IMG/VR virus record: IMGVR_UViG_3300021431_000095
Span: 31,607 to 95,606 of that record
Source: a virus
Taxonomy: Duplodnaviria; Caudoviricetes
Length of the DNA: 64,000 nt
Reading direction: 5' to 3' (one strand)
Shown: piece after piece, positions 18,555-27,996 of the stretch
Numbering within the stretch: position 1 is the first letter of the stretch
How the letters are laid out: each line of letters begins with the position of its first letter
Position numbers and translations under genes: made by a program
Notes under the pieces: generated by a model
The model's input: the letters and a program-made list of their open reading frames with translations, nothing else
What the model was told of the DNA's origin: nothing
Database searches by the model: none

Positions 18555-21500
18555 ATGAGCAATTCGAATAAAGTGAACGAAGATAACTGGACAGGATTCC
18601 ATTTCAACGGAATGACCAACGGTATAAACGAGGCTCCTGTTCCTTATGATGCTAACGTTCCAGTCGACGTGAATATACTTCATGGGACAGGTGCTCCTGG
18701 AGGATATGTCTGGGGTCGTCCTGGCAACACAAGCGTTTCTTTTGACATCAATCTGTTCAGCAACAACAGTAAGAGTACAGTTATAGATAAAACCGTAAGT
18801 GGAGCAGCCAGCGGAGGCGGAGCAGCAGCAAACGGTCTTGCATGGTTCGGAACACATTTCAAGGAGATTGCAATCGTAGCAGCAGGTTCAGCAATCCTTC
18901 TTGCTCTAATCAAGCTTATCAAAAAGGCTAACAGGGAGATCAAAATAAGGTACAACAAGGTTGTCAAAACTTTACAGAAGGCACAACAGGACTTCACTCT
19001 CAATCCTAATGGACTTGATTCTACGGCTGTTATGAAAGGACAGGGAAGCAAAATTGCCGACGCTTTCGCCAGACTGTTCACTTTGAACATATTCGACAAG
19101 GAAAGAAGAGAAGCAACAAGAACTACAAATATCGGGCTTTATCCTTTTTGTGACAGGTACAAAGAAGAAATTACAAAAGATTTCAAATGTGCTATAGAGG
19201 CGTTTAACAAAATCAAAGTTGCCTCAGAATCCGAAAAGGAAAACGGCGGAGTAGCCGATTCTGAGAACGAAAGTGCAAACGTGAAAGTTTATAACAGCTT
19301 CCATGAGGCTTTCGCGATGGATCCTATATTTGAAGGCGAGAAAGTGAATGAATCTGTCCTTGCTGCGATTAGTGCTGGTGTCGGTCTTGCAAGCCTCGCT
19401 GTCAGAGGAGGTCAGTTTGTTATGTCAAAACTCTCTAATAAGGGAAGATCTGTTGAAGGTTCCGAAAAGATTGTTCAGGTAACGAAAGAGTCAACTCGTG
19501 AAATTTGCTATTCAATTATCTACCAATATCTTGACAAATACGTCAATATGGATCGTGTGTTTAAGGAACTTGGTATATCATCTGAATCTCTCGCGGATCT
19601 CGACGCTTCTTCATGTGACAAGCTCAAGAACTTCCTTGAGAAGTATCAGAAACCTGAGAAAAACCAGTACAGCAAGCAGTATTTTCGTGTAAAGACTGCC
19701 TATGACAACATGCTCAAGCACTATTACAACATAGGTGATGGCATAATAAAGAATTTCGAGAAGTTTACTGAGGCTAAGGATGAGAAACATGCAAATCTTC
19801 TTGTTTCCGCTAAGGAGAAACTTCAGAATATGTGGGATGCACAGAAGGATATGTTCAACAGCAACTTCTCGCATGTTCTTATCGAGATTGTTTCAAGCGA
19901 TGTCTATATTGCATACCTCAATTTCATTCTTGAGAAGGTGATGCCTGTGTTTAAGACTGGACTCGCTGGTGACGCTGACTATGTTCTTGACATTATGCCT
20001 CAGAAGAACCAATACTACCTTGTCCGTCAAACTCAGGAGCAGCCTTGGCTTGGAGACGGTGAAGCCAACAACGGAAACGTCGCAATCGCCAAGGTAGAGT
20101 CTTTTGACAGGAGCAAACAGGAAATCAAGGTCAAGATCATCGGTCTTCTTAACGGCAACTATGAGGTTTCTAGCAACGGTATTGTTACTTTAGATAAAGA
20201 CGCTACTGTAGACTACAACGCCTACAAGAACGACGACGGTGCAAAGAAGGAAGTCATATTGAAATATGGCAAGTGGCTGTCTCTCGATCCTCTCCTGATG
20301 GACTGGAAGGAAAATATCGAATCTAACGTGTACGGAAGAATGGTTCCGAAAGAGAAACCAGAGTATGGGGAGTACATTTATGCATACGGATCAAAGGAGA
20401 ACAATGCCGAGTCTGGCAGAGAAGAATACAACAGGATCGTATTTGCTTCATATGATGCTAAGAAATACGAGTACAGGAAGACTGTTCTTATCAAACTCAA
20501 AAATCCTCTTACTGAGGAAGAGTTCAGATCTCTCTGTGAACAGACCAGTGACGAGTCCGACAAGAATATGGATTTTGACAATTATGGCAACAGCTCTGAG
20601 TCTTCGTGGGTTATGGGTATAATCAACAGAATCAATTCTCTGGAGAAAGAAGAAGTCGAAGCCAACAGCACTGAAGACATTGTGAAGATAGTGAACGAAA
20701 TTGGTGAGAGCATCAAAATCAAGGCTGCAACATCACTGTACAAGAGAACTACAAAGAATAGCAGAGGCAGGGATATCGACGAATATGTTTTTGCCGAAGT
20801 GTCAGGCGATCTTGAGTCGATGTACACAGAGAGTGGAGCACAGAGACTGAACGACAGGGTGAACGAGGCTGAAGATTCTTCGGCAAGCGTCGTGAAGCCT
20901 GGTGACAAAGGTGCAGACAAGAATCTTATCGCTAGAATATTCTGCGTTAACGTATCCGCAGGTAAACCTCTCACAGGCGACAGGAAGGAGAATCAGTTCT
21001 CTGGATCGATAATAAAAATTGATCCAGCTTGCTCGGTCGACGATCTCAATGCAGAGATGCAGAAGTTCGATCCTAAGTTTGAAATTGTCGAGAATAATGC
21101 CGACACTCTCAGGAAGGATATCATCGACGGTATACTTGAGAACAAAGGAAGCAGGGAGGTCACTCTCAGCGGAACATATGAAATCGGTAAGATCAATGAT
21201 GCTGTATCCGCTATCGAGAATAGGGAGAATACTGCAGAGCAGATTGATAATGAGATTGGAAACATAGCAAATAATATATTAAGTGATCTTGGCAAACTTA
21301 ATGTTAAAGAAAACGATTATGGACAAAGAAAATTTCAATTTAGAGGGGGTAAAGGATATGTTGGTGATAAGGAACATGTGTTTTTAGGTATAAAAGAAAA
21401 TACACCTAATATTTCTAATGATATTAAAAAGTACGGTTGTTTTTCTGTGAATACAGGAATAAAATATTATAACGAAGATATTACAATAGATGTTTACCCT

Positions 21501-22262
21501 GTTCTTTTAAGTCTAAATAAAAAAATGGAAAAGGGTGCAATTCTTGTAATCGAAAAATATCAACAAACCGTTCTTAGTACAGAGGAAGAAATGAAGAAAG
21601 GAATTTCTTTGTTGTTTACAGAATACAAGGACAAGAAGCATCTTGAAGATTCTAGATTTAACTCTGCTATTGCTGCGGGTCAAACAAATAATCAACAAAC
21701 AAATCAAACAAATAATAATCAAGTTGTGAACCAACAAACATCTCAGACAAACAACAATACAGACGCTTCCACAAACACAGATGCCTCGACCAACAACACA
21801 ACGGACGCTTCGACTAACGGAGGAAAGAACACCACGTTCAAGGCTGACGGGAACGGAAACTTCACCGATTCTGTCAATGTGAAGTACGACTCGGCAAAAT
21901 CAATCAAGGAAGGTCTCTACACCACAGTCACCGTCAGAAGATCCTACAGTGAGTATATGCCAAAATGGTATGTTGTTTCGGAATCTGTATACGATGACGG
22001 TTGCGGCAAATCGACTATGCTTGATTCTCCATCTGTCAGAAGGAAGATGAACACCAGATCCGACGTGATGAACTTCGTGAAGTCGCACGACAATACAAAG
22101 ATTATGCAGTTCGAGTCAAAGCACACCTACAGTATATCGAACGACAAGGGTTATGTTCCTTCGGTTGCTACGCCTCTCTATGAGTCGGTAATGTTCGTGA
22201 AGTTTGACAATGACGACAATATAATCGAGAAAATCTACGCAGGAAACACAAAGGTACAGTAA
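18555..22262 (+). CDS. large putative internal head/ejection protein
   Basis: 1235 aa in the head cluster; repeated [VIL]-x-E motifs; two N-proximal hydrophobic helices. Confidence 0.55.
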   Translation: MSNSNKVNEDNWTGFHFNGMTNGINEAPVPYDANVPVDVNILHGTGAPGGYVWGRPGNTSVSFDINLFSNNSKSTVIDKTVSGAASGGGAAANGLAWFGTHFKEIAIVAAGSAILLALIKLIKKANREIKIRYNKVVKTLQKAQQDFTLNPNGLDSTAVMKGQGSKIADAFARLFTLNIFDKERREATRTTNIGLYPFCDRYKEEITKDFKCAIEAFNKIKVASESEKENGGVADSENESANVKVYNSFHEAFAMDPIFEGEKVNESVLAAISAGVGLASLAVRGGQFVMSKLSNKGRSVEGSEKIVQVTKESTREICYSIIYQYLDKYVNMDRVFKELGISSESLADLDASSCDKLKNFLEKYQKPEKNQYSKQYFRVKTAYDNMLKHYYNIGDGIIKNFEKFTEAKDEKHANLLVSAKEKLQNMWDAQKDMFNSNFSHVLIEIVSSDVYIAYLNFILEKVMPVFKTGLAGDADYVLDIMPQKNQYYLVRQTQEQPWLGDGEANNGNVAIAKVESFDRSKQEIKVKIIGLLNGNYEVSSNGIVTLDKDATVDYNAYKNDDGAKKEVILKYGKWLSLDPLLMDWKENIESNVYGRMVPKEKPEYGEYIYAYGSKENNAESGREEYNRIVFASYDAKKYEYRKTVLIKLKNPLTEEEFRSLCEQTSDESDKNMDFDNYGNSSESSWVMGIINRINSLEKEEVEANSTEDIVKIVNEIGESIKIKAATSLYKRTTKNSRGRDIDEYVFAEVSGDLESMYTESGAQRLNDRVNEAEDSSASVVKPGDKGADKNLIARIFCVNVSAGKPLTGDRKENQFSGSIIKIDPACSVDDLNAEMQKFDPKFEIVENNADTLRKDIIDGILENKGSREVTLSGTYEIGKINDAVSAIENRENTAEQIDNEIGNIANNILSDLGKLNVKENDYGQRKFQFRGGKGYVGDKEHVFLGIKENTPNISNDIKKYGCFSVNTGIKYYNEDITIDVYPVLLSLNKKMEKGAILVIEKYQQTVLSTEEEMKKGISLLFTEYKDKKHLEDSRFNSAIAAGQTNNQQTNQTNNNQVVNQQTSQTNNNTDASTNTDASTNNTTDASTNGGKNTTFKADGNGNFTDSVNVKYDSAKSIKEGLYTTVTVRRSYSEYMPKWYVVSESVYDDGCGKSTMLDSPSVRRKMNTRSDVMNFVKSHDNTKIMQFESKHTYSISNDKGYVPSVATPLYESVMFVKFDNDDNIIEKIYAGNTKVQ

Positions 22263-23071
22263 TGGACAACAAACAGATTCAGAATATAGGGGAAAGCATA
22301 CTAGAGAAATACCAGTATGCTGACTCCGTCAGAAGGAAGGGTGGAATTCTTCCGAAGGAATTCCTTTCGGAACTCGTCGACTTGACAGAGGCTTTCTGCA
22401 TCCTCTCTTGTGAATCTGGTGACACCGATCTTTCAGAGGAGGCTGAATCGTACAGCAGGATAACCGAGAGCATCGTCACTGAGTCGACATACCACAAGCT
22501 TTATGAATCGGGTTTCACTAATCCTTTCGACGACGATCTTTCCACCGAAGGGATGAATGCCGCAGCAATGGAATACGACACGGATCCTGAGGAGAAGGAC
22601 GACGAACTCAGGATAAGGAGGGTGAGGATGTGGAATTCCGATACAAAGAACAAAATAATGTTCGTCAACGGCAAGATGATAGCAGGGCAGCATTTCGACA
22701 AAGGGGACATAATCGAAAGGTGTCCATGTCAACTCATCAGTGCAAAAAGTCTATATTCGGAAGAAGTAAGAAAGTTTGCTTTTACTATAGACTATGCAAG
22801 ACGGATATATGCCATACCATTCGGTTACGGAACATGCTACAGAAATTCTCAAGAATATGGTGTTGATGGAAACGCTGCATACTATTTCGATTCTTCAAAT
22901 CCTCAGTTTCCGTGCATCGTAATAGTTGCAACAAAGAGAATAAAGAAGGGGCACGAGATAGTCTTACTCTCTACCGACGAGGATTTCGAGAACGAGATAA
23001 AACCAGGTCAGTTCGAGTACGATCAGGGGGTTGAACCCTATTATGCAATCAAGTCGGCCAGAATTGCTTAA
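22262..23071 (+). CDS. divergent SET-domain-like protein
   Basis: AGQHFDKGDIIERCP, FGYGTCYRNS, VATKRIKKGHEIVL match the SET pattern, but NHS and the terminal Tyr are altered. Confidence 0.65.
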   Translation: MDNKQIQNIGESILEKYQYADSVRRKGGILPKEFLSELVDLTEAFCILSCESGDTDLSEEAESYSRITESIVTESTYHKLYESGFTNPFDDDLSTEGMNAAAMEYDTDPEEKDDELRIRRVRMWNSDTKNKIMFVNGKMIAGQHFDKGDIIERCPCQLISAKSLYSEEVRKFAFTIDYARRIYAIPFGYGTCYRNSQEYGVDGNAAYYFDSSNPQFPCIVIVATKRIKKGHEIVLLSTDEDFENEIKPGQFEYDQGVEPYYAIKSARIA

Positions 23072-23126
23072 TTTTGTGTTGCTTTTTTGCAAATAAATAA
23101 GGAAACGGAAAATTATATAAACAACA

Positions 23127-23612
23127 ATGAAGTCATATAATTCAGTTTATAATAACCAAAGGAGAAACGCAATTAACGAGCAGAGATCTGTTATTGACAA
23201 CGATCGTGCAAGATTGGTTGCAGCCATCAAGAAGGAATATGGCATCAATGATTTCTCGTCTCTAGATGAATCCTCGAAGACCATGTACAAGAACATGATC
23301 AACGAGATGTGGACAAAAGAGAACGGTCTCACCGAGAAAGGAACCGCTTTTGTTAACGAGGCGTCTGCTGTCTTGACTCCAGCATCCGACGAGGAAGCAA
23401 TCCATAAATATGTCACCCGTACAATCAAGGCTAACGCTGACGCTATTCTGCAGTGCGCCGTATCTGGAAAAGAGTGTAAGGTTCTTTCAAATCTCAAGGC
23501 TACTGTCGAACAGGATACCAAGAAGAAACTTTCGAAGAAAAACTTTGTGAAGTGGATAGGGGAAGTCATTATTCCTGTACTTAGCAAAAAAGTGAACGCA
23601 ATGCAATTCTAA
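23127..23612 (+). CDS. hypothetical head-cluster protein
   Basis: ATAAATA at 23093-23099 upstream; INE/LDE/VNE motifs. Confidence 0.65.
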   Translation: MKSYNSVYNNQRRNAINEQRSVIDNDRARLVAAIKKEYGINDFSSLDESSKTMYKNMINEMWTKENGLTEKGTAFVNEASAVLTPASDEEAIHKYVTRTIKANADAILQCAVSGKECKVLSNLKATVEQDTKKKLSKKNFVKWIGEVIIPVLSKKVNAMQF

Positions 23613-23630
23613 ACAAACACGGATCTGGTC

Positions 23631-24137
23631 ATGAAATTTAATAAAGATACATTCCTTAATGATATTACGGACAAAGTACAGTCCGCTATTGACAAAAACC
23701 TTATCACAACAGAGGATGTCGATTCCAACAACCTTGAGAGGCTTCATGGTTTCATCAAGTATGCTCTGGCTGAACTTATCGAGGACAGGAAATTCGCCCT
23801 TGATGTTTTGAAGGATTTCAACTACGACGAGAAGACACCTTGGGATTCCTTGCAGGACAAGTATGGAATCTTCAAGTCGCTTATGGACATCGCTCTTGTG
23901 AATCTCTGGAAGTTTCTCCAGTCTGAAGGATGTACTGAGTATAAATATTACAAATATGACAACCGTCAGAGTGGTAGTATGCTCGATGTCATCAGAGACG
24001 AAAATGATGAGGCACAGGCTGGTGTATCGCATGATAACGGGTATGTAGACGATATGCCTTCTGCAGAAGGTATGGATACACATGAAACGGAAGGCGAGGA
24101 ACAGCCGAGGAGAAGAAAACTCCGCATCGCCAGATAA
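23631..24137 (+). CDS. hypothetical head-cluster protein
   Basis: 168-aa ORF directly upstream of the protease. Confidence 0.65.
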   Translation: MKFNKDTFLNDITDKVQSAIDKNLITTEDVDSNNLERLHGFIKYALAELIEDRKFALDVLKDFNYDEKTPWDSLQDKYGIFKSLMDIALVNLWKFLQSEGCTEYKYYKYDNRQSGSMLDVIRDENDEAQAGVSHDNGYVDDMPSAEGMDTHETEGEEQPRRRKLRIAR

Positions 24138-24158
24138 AATCAACTCTATGAATTCGAA

Positions 24159-25886
24159 ATGAACAAGAATTTGCTTGTATGCGCAAACGCAACTCATGCG
24201 CTTCATAAGATAAACGAGTCCGAAAACACAGGGGGAGGATATTTCCTTGAGGGTGTTTTTGCGGAACTCGATTCGCTTAATCGCAACAAGAGGATTTATC
24301 CAAAAGAAGAGTACCTCAAGCATCTTGCTTATCTTAGGGACGACATCAAGAAAGGTGAACCTCTTCTTGGTGAATTGGATCATCCAGAAGATAGGTTTGA
24401 GGTTAAATTGAAGGAAGCGTCGCACAAAATCGTCGATTTGTGGTATGATGCAAACACGAACTGTGTGATGGGAAAAATAGAACTTCTCAACACTCCAAAC
24501 GGAAAACTTGCACAGTCTCTCGTCGATCAGGGCATTCCTCTGCATATTTCGTCAAGGGCTGCTGGAACCGTCGGGAACGACTCAAAGGTTTCGATTCAGC
24601 AGATATATACATATGACCTTGTATGTAAACCTGGTTTTGCAGGAGCTGTCCTGCACAGGGTGAACGAATCCGAAGGCGGTAGCAAATACAACAGTGAGGC
24701 TACAAAGTTCCTTGAGGAGTCAAACAGAATCGAGTCGATGAATGCCGCTCCGCAGTACGGAATCAACGAAAATGAAGTTTCAATCCGCGAGGTTTCATAT
24801 GATGCCAGCCTCAGGAAAGAAGCTGCCGCTTTGAAAGAAAACGACACCAAAGAAGAAAATATGGAAATAAATAAGACCACGGAGGAGAATCTTGAAGAGA
24901 AGAAAAAGGTTGCTCCAGTAACCGACAAGCCGATGAAATCCGTATTCGAGGAAGGTGACGACGAAGAGAAGAAGGATGATGAGAACTCAGACGACTCTTC
25001 AGACGACACCAACGACGAGAAGAAGGACGGTGACGAGGAAGGAGTCGAAATCCTTTCGGTAAAAGCCGTAACCGACGACGATGAAGACGATGTCGAAATC
25101 AAGGATGTCAAGTCCGAGGAAGGTGATTCCGACGAAGACAAAAAAGACAACGACGAAGAGTCTTCAGACGAAAATTCGGACGAGAACTCCGACGACAATA
25201 AGGAGGAGAAGAACGAAGAGAAGACCGACGAATGCGGTGACAAGAAAGAGGATAAGAAGGAAACCGAACCTGATGTAAAGAAGGACGCGCTCTTCGATTG
25301 CTCAGACTTGAGAAAGAAACGTGAAAATTTCGAGGATAAGTTCGCAGAACTTGTGGATCGCCACAAAAGAAAAGACGAATGCAGGAAAGCCGACGAATCC
25401 CTCACCATACAGAAACATCCGAATCTCTCGATGCTCAACAAGGACAATATGACCGAGCTGTTGAAATTGGACGAATCACAGAAAAGCAAAGTGGCTGACT
25501 ATTTAAACGCCAACAATTATTGTACACCTGAGCTCGTAAACGAGAATTGGAAAGCTGGGATCAACTACACAGAGGAAGTGTGGCTCAAGTACGCACCTGA
25601 GTCCTACAGAAAACTCTACGAGACCAGCGAACAGTCCGTGAAAGACTCCATAAAGAACACTGCCGCGTACTGCCTCTTCGAGACACAGTCCGACATAAAC
25701 CACTTCTGGGAGAACACTGGACTTATGGAATCCAACGAGAGAAGGATTCTCAATGAAAAATTCATCAACAACATGCCAAAACTCGATGAAGGTCTGAATG
25801 AAAGCAAGAACGACAACAACGGTCTGCCTTATTCAAAGGAATTCATACAGATGGTCACAGAGATGGCTTGCGAGTACAACGACTAA
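24159..25886 (+). CDS. prohead protease (gp21-like) with acidic scaffold-like C-terminal extension
   Basis: NRNKRIYP, GELDHP (His), ISSRAAG (Ser), YDLV; D/E/K-rich linker. Confidence 0.9.
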   Translation: MNKNLLVCANATHALHKINESENTGGGYFLEGVFAELDSLNRNKRIYPKEEYLKHLAYLRDDIKKGEPLLGELDHPEDRFEVKLKEASHKIVDLWYDANTNCVMGKIELLNTPNGKLAQSLVDQGIPLHISSRAAGTVGNDSKVSIQQIYTYDLVCKPGFAGAVLHRVNESEGGSKYNSEATKFLEESNRIESMNAAPQYGINENEVSIREVSYDASLRKEAAALKENDTKEENMEINKTTEENLEEKKKVAPVTDKPMKSVFEEGDDEEKKDDENSDDSSDDTNDEKKDGDEEGVEILSVKAVTDDDEDDVEIKDVKSEEGDSDEDKKDNDEESSDENSDENSDDNKEEKNEEKTDECGDKKEDKKETEPDVKKDALFDCSDLRKKRENFEDKFAELVDRHKRKDECRKADESLTIQKHPNLSMLNKDNMTELLKLDESQKSKVADYLNANNYCTPELVNENWKAGINYTEEVWLKYAPESYRKLYETSEQSVKDSIKNTAAYCLFETQSDINHFWENTGLMESNERRILNEKFINNMPKLDEGLNESKNDNNGLPYSKEFIQMVTEMACEYND

Positions 25887-25979
25887 AAAAATCCAAGACA
25901 AAACGAAAAAAATTCAGTTGTATCCGCTAATTCTTGGGTGTCGAAAGCGATTTTTCAATTTTTTTTGAAAGAAAGGAAA

Positions 25980-25986
25980 ATAAATA
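25980..25986 (+). promoter_or_regulatory. late-type promoter ATAAATA
   Basis: Upstream of the major capsid gene. Confidence 0.65.
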
Positions 25987-26035
25987 GCTTAGACAACACC
26001 AAAGAATAAAATCAAAACAAAACAAACAAGCTAAA

Positions 26036-27814
26036 ATGGCTAAGAATAACAAAAACAACATTGCTCAGATTTGCGAGTCTTGGGGTCCTATGGTGAAAGC
26101 CATTACCAAGAATACCGTAAATGAGTCGAGCGCAAGGTTCGAGTGGATGTGCGAATATGCACACAACCACGCTATGGCTCTTAACGAGGAGTCAATCGGC
26201 GGTGCATCATTCCCATTCAACACTCTTTACAACACCAACGGTGTCGGTAACGCAGTTCCTGCACAGCAGGCTGGTATGACCGCCGCTGATCAGGCTTCAA
26301 CCGCTTCCAACGGTTCTGGCGACAAATGGCCTGCCCTGCTTCCTATGGCACTTCAGGTCGCTGCACGTACCATCGGTTTCGACCTCGTGAACACCCTTCC
26401 TATGCAGGGTCCTACCTACGTCATTCCTTTCCTGGATTACGTATACGCAGGTTCGAAAGATGCTTACGGCGCAACTCCTTCGTACAACGGTGCTACTGCC
26501 AATCCTAAGATCGGCACCAAGCTCGGTAACGAAGTTGATCCCGCCTACAGCCTGTACGAGGCTCCTCACGCCTTCCGTTGCAAGCTCACCAAGGACGCTT
26601 CAACCAGCGAGTACATCCAGGCTATGAAGGATGCTTCTACCGGTTTCGAAATCGGCACAGATCCTAAAGTTAAGGTGTACTTCATCGGTCTCAGCCGTAT
26701 TGCTGCTGATCCTATGTTCAAGGTCGACGGCAACTCGAAGAACGTCTCTCTCGGTTCAGTGTTCGGTCCTACCGCAGAGGTCAGCGTGACCGTCGGTGGA
26801 AAGACCTTCACCCTCTCACGTCCTCGCTTCATCAGCGCACTTGAGGATCAGGTCCTCGGTTTCACTGGTGCTGGCAAGTACGACAGCGACGCTTGGACTG
26901 GAACATTCCAGAGCGACGAGCACCTCTACGAGCCTATGACCCGTGCAACTGGTGAGATGCAGTATCCTCGCCAGATGTCTCTGAAGGTGTTCACCAAGTT
27001 CGGTCAGGTCGGAACCCAGAGCGTGGCAGTCGCCGTGACTCAGGAGCAGGTTCAGGATCTCCAGAAGCAATGGGGTATCGATGTTCTCAAGCTCGTCGAG
27101 ACCGCAGCTATCAACGAACTCTCTCAGAGCATCAACAAGCACATCCTCAGCCGTCTGTTCGCACTTGGTTGGAGAAACCACGTCGAGGCTTACCAGTCTG
27201 AAGGTGTCAACCTCAACATCAGCCTCACTGGTGTCGAAGGAACCAAGACCTGCGTCACCTACTTCGAGACCGATGCACAGGATGCTCCTAAGGAGGTTCA
27301 GGTCGAGATGCCTGTCCCAGCCATCGTGAAATACGGTGACTTCGAGAACAGCGACACCGTGTTCAAGAAAGTTGGTGTCAACCTGCTTTATGCTGGCAAC
27401 ATCATCATGAACCGTGGTCGTAGAGGACCTGCCAACTTCATCGTCACCAACGCCAAGATCGCTACCATGCTCCAGAGCAACGCACAGTACGCTTTCAGCC
27501 CTGTCGCCAACACTCTGAACCAGAACAACGGCAGCCTGTATCCTGTTGGCACCATCATGGGTATGACCCTCTATGTCGATCCTCTGATGGCTCTGTACGA
27601 TACCAGAATCCTCGTTGGTCGTAAGGGTGGCAAGGAAGAGCCAGGTGTTGTGTTCGCTCCTTACATCATGGCTGAGTCAGTCCGCCTGATTGCTGAGCAC
27701 ACCGCAGCTCCTAAGGTGATTGTGAAATCTAGGTACAGTTTGGTCGATTGCGGCTGGTACCCTGAGCTCAACTATATCACCTTCTATGTTAACACTCCTG
27801 ACACGATCGTCTAA
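26036..27814 (+). CDS. major capsid protein (gp23-like)
   Basis: Follows protease; PMQGPT, EQVQDLQ, INKHIL, RRGPANFIV, FAPY, KSRY motifs; strong codon bias. Confidence 0.92.
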   Translation: MAKNNKNNIAQICESWGPMVKAITKNTVNESSARFEWMCEYAHNHAMALNEESIGGASFPFNTLYNTNGVGNAVPAQQAGMTAADQASTASNGSGDKWPALLPMALQVAARTIGFDLVNTLPMQGPTYVIPFLDYVYAGSKDAYGATPSYNGATANPKIGTKLGNEVDPAYSLYEAPHAFRCKLTKDASTSEYIQAMKDASTGFEIGTDPKVKVYFIGLSRIAADPMFKVDGNSKNVSLGSVFGPTAEVSVTVGGKTFTLSRPRFISALEDQVLGFTGAGKYDSDAWTGTFQSDEHLYEPMTRATGEMQYPRQMSLKVFTKFGQVGTQSVAVAVTQEQVQDLQKQWGIDVLKLVETAAINELSQSINKHILSRLFALGWRNHVEAYQSEGVNLNISLTGVEGTKTCVTYFETDAQDAPKEVQVEMPVPAIVKYGDFENSDTVFKKVGVNLLYAGNIIMNRGRRGPANFIVTNAKIATMLQSNAQYAFSPVANTLNQNNGSLYPVGTIMGMTLYVDPLMALYDTRILVGRKGGKEEPGVVFAPYIMAESVRLIAEHTAAPKVIVKSRYSLVDCGWYPELNYITFYVNTPDTIV

Positions 27815-27834
27815 GTGTGAACAACATAGCAACG

Positions 27835-27871
27835 ATAAAGCTGGATTCGAAAGAGTCCAGCTTTATTTTTT
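27835..27871 (+). terminator. intrinsic terminator
   Basis: ATAAAGCTGGATTC-GAAA-GAGTCCAGCTTTAT followed by T-run. Confidence 0.85.
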
Positions 27872-27958
27872 ATTTGTCTTTTTTAAACGTTTATTGTAAC
27901 CTCCGTTACCACAATTGAATTATTTTATGTTTTATTTTCAATTTTGATAAATAATCAG

Positions 27959-27966
27959 TATCTTTG
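27959..27966 (+). promoter_or_regulatory. Bacteroidota-type -7 promoter element TATCTTTG
   Basis: Matches TAnnTTTG; the ATC[AG]GTATCTTTG context recurs 4 times in the window. Confidence 0.7.
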
Positions 27967-27996
27967 CAGCAGTAAAACATAAAATAATTTATAAAA

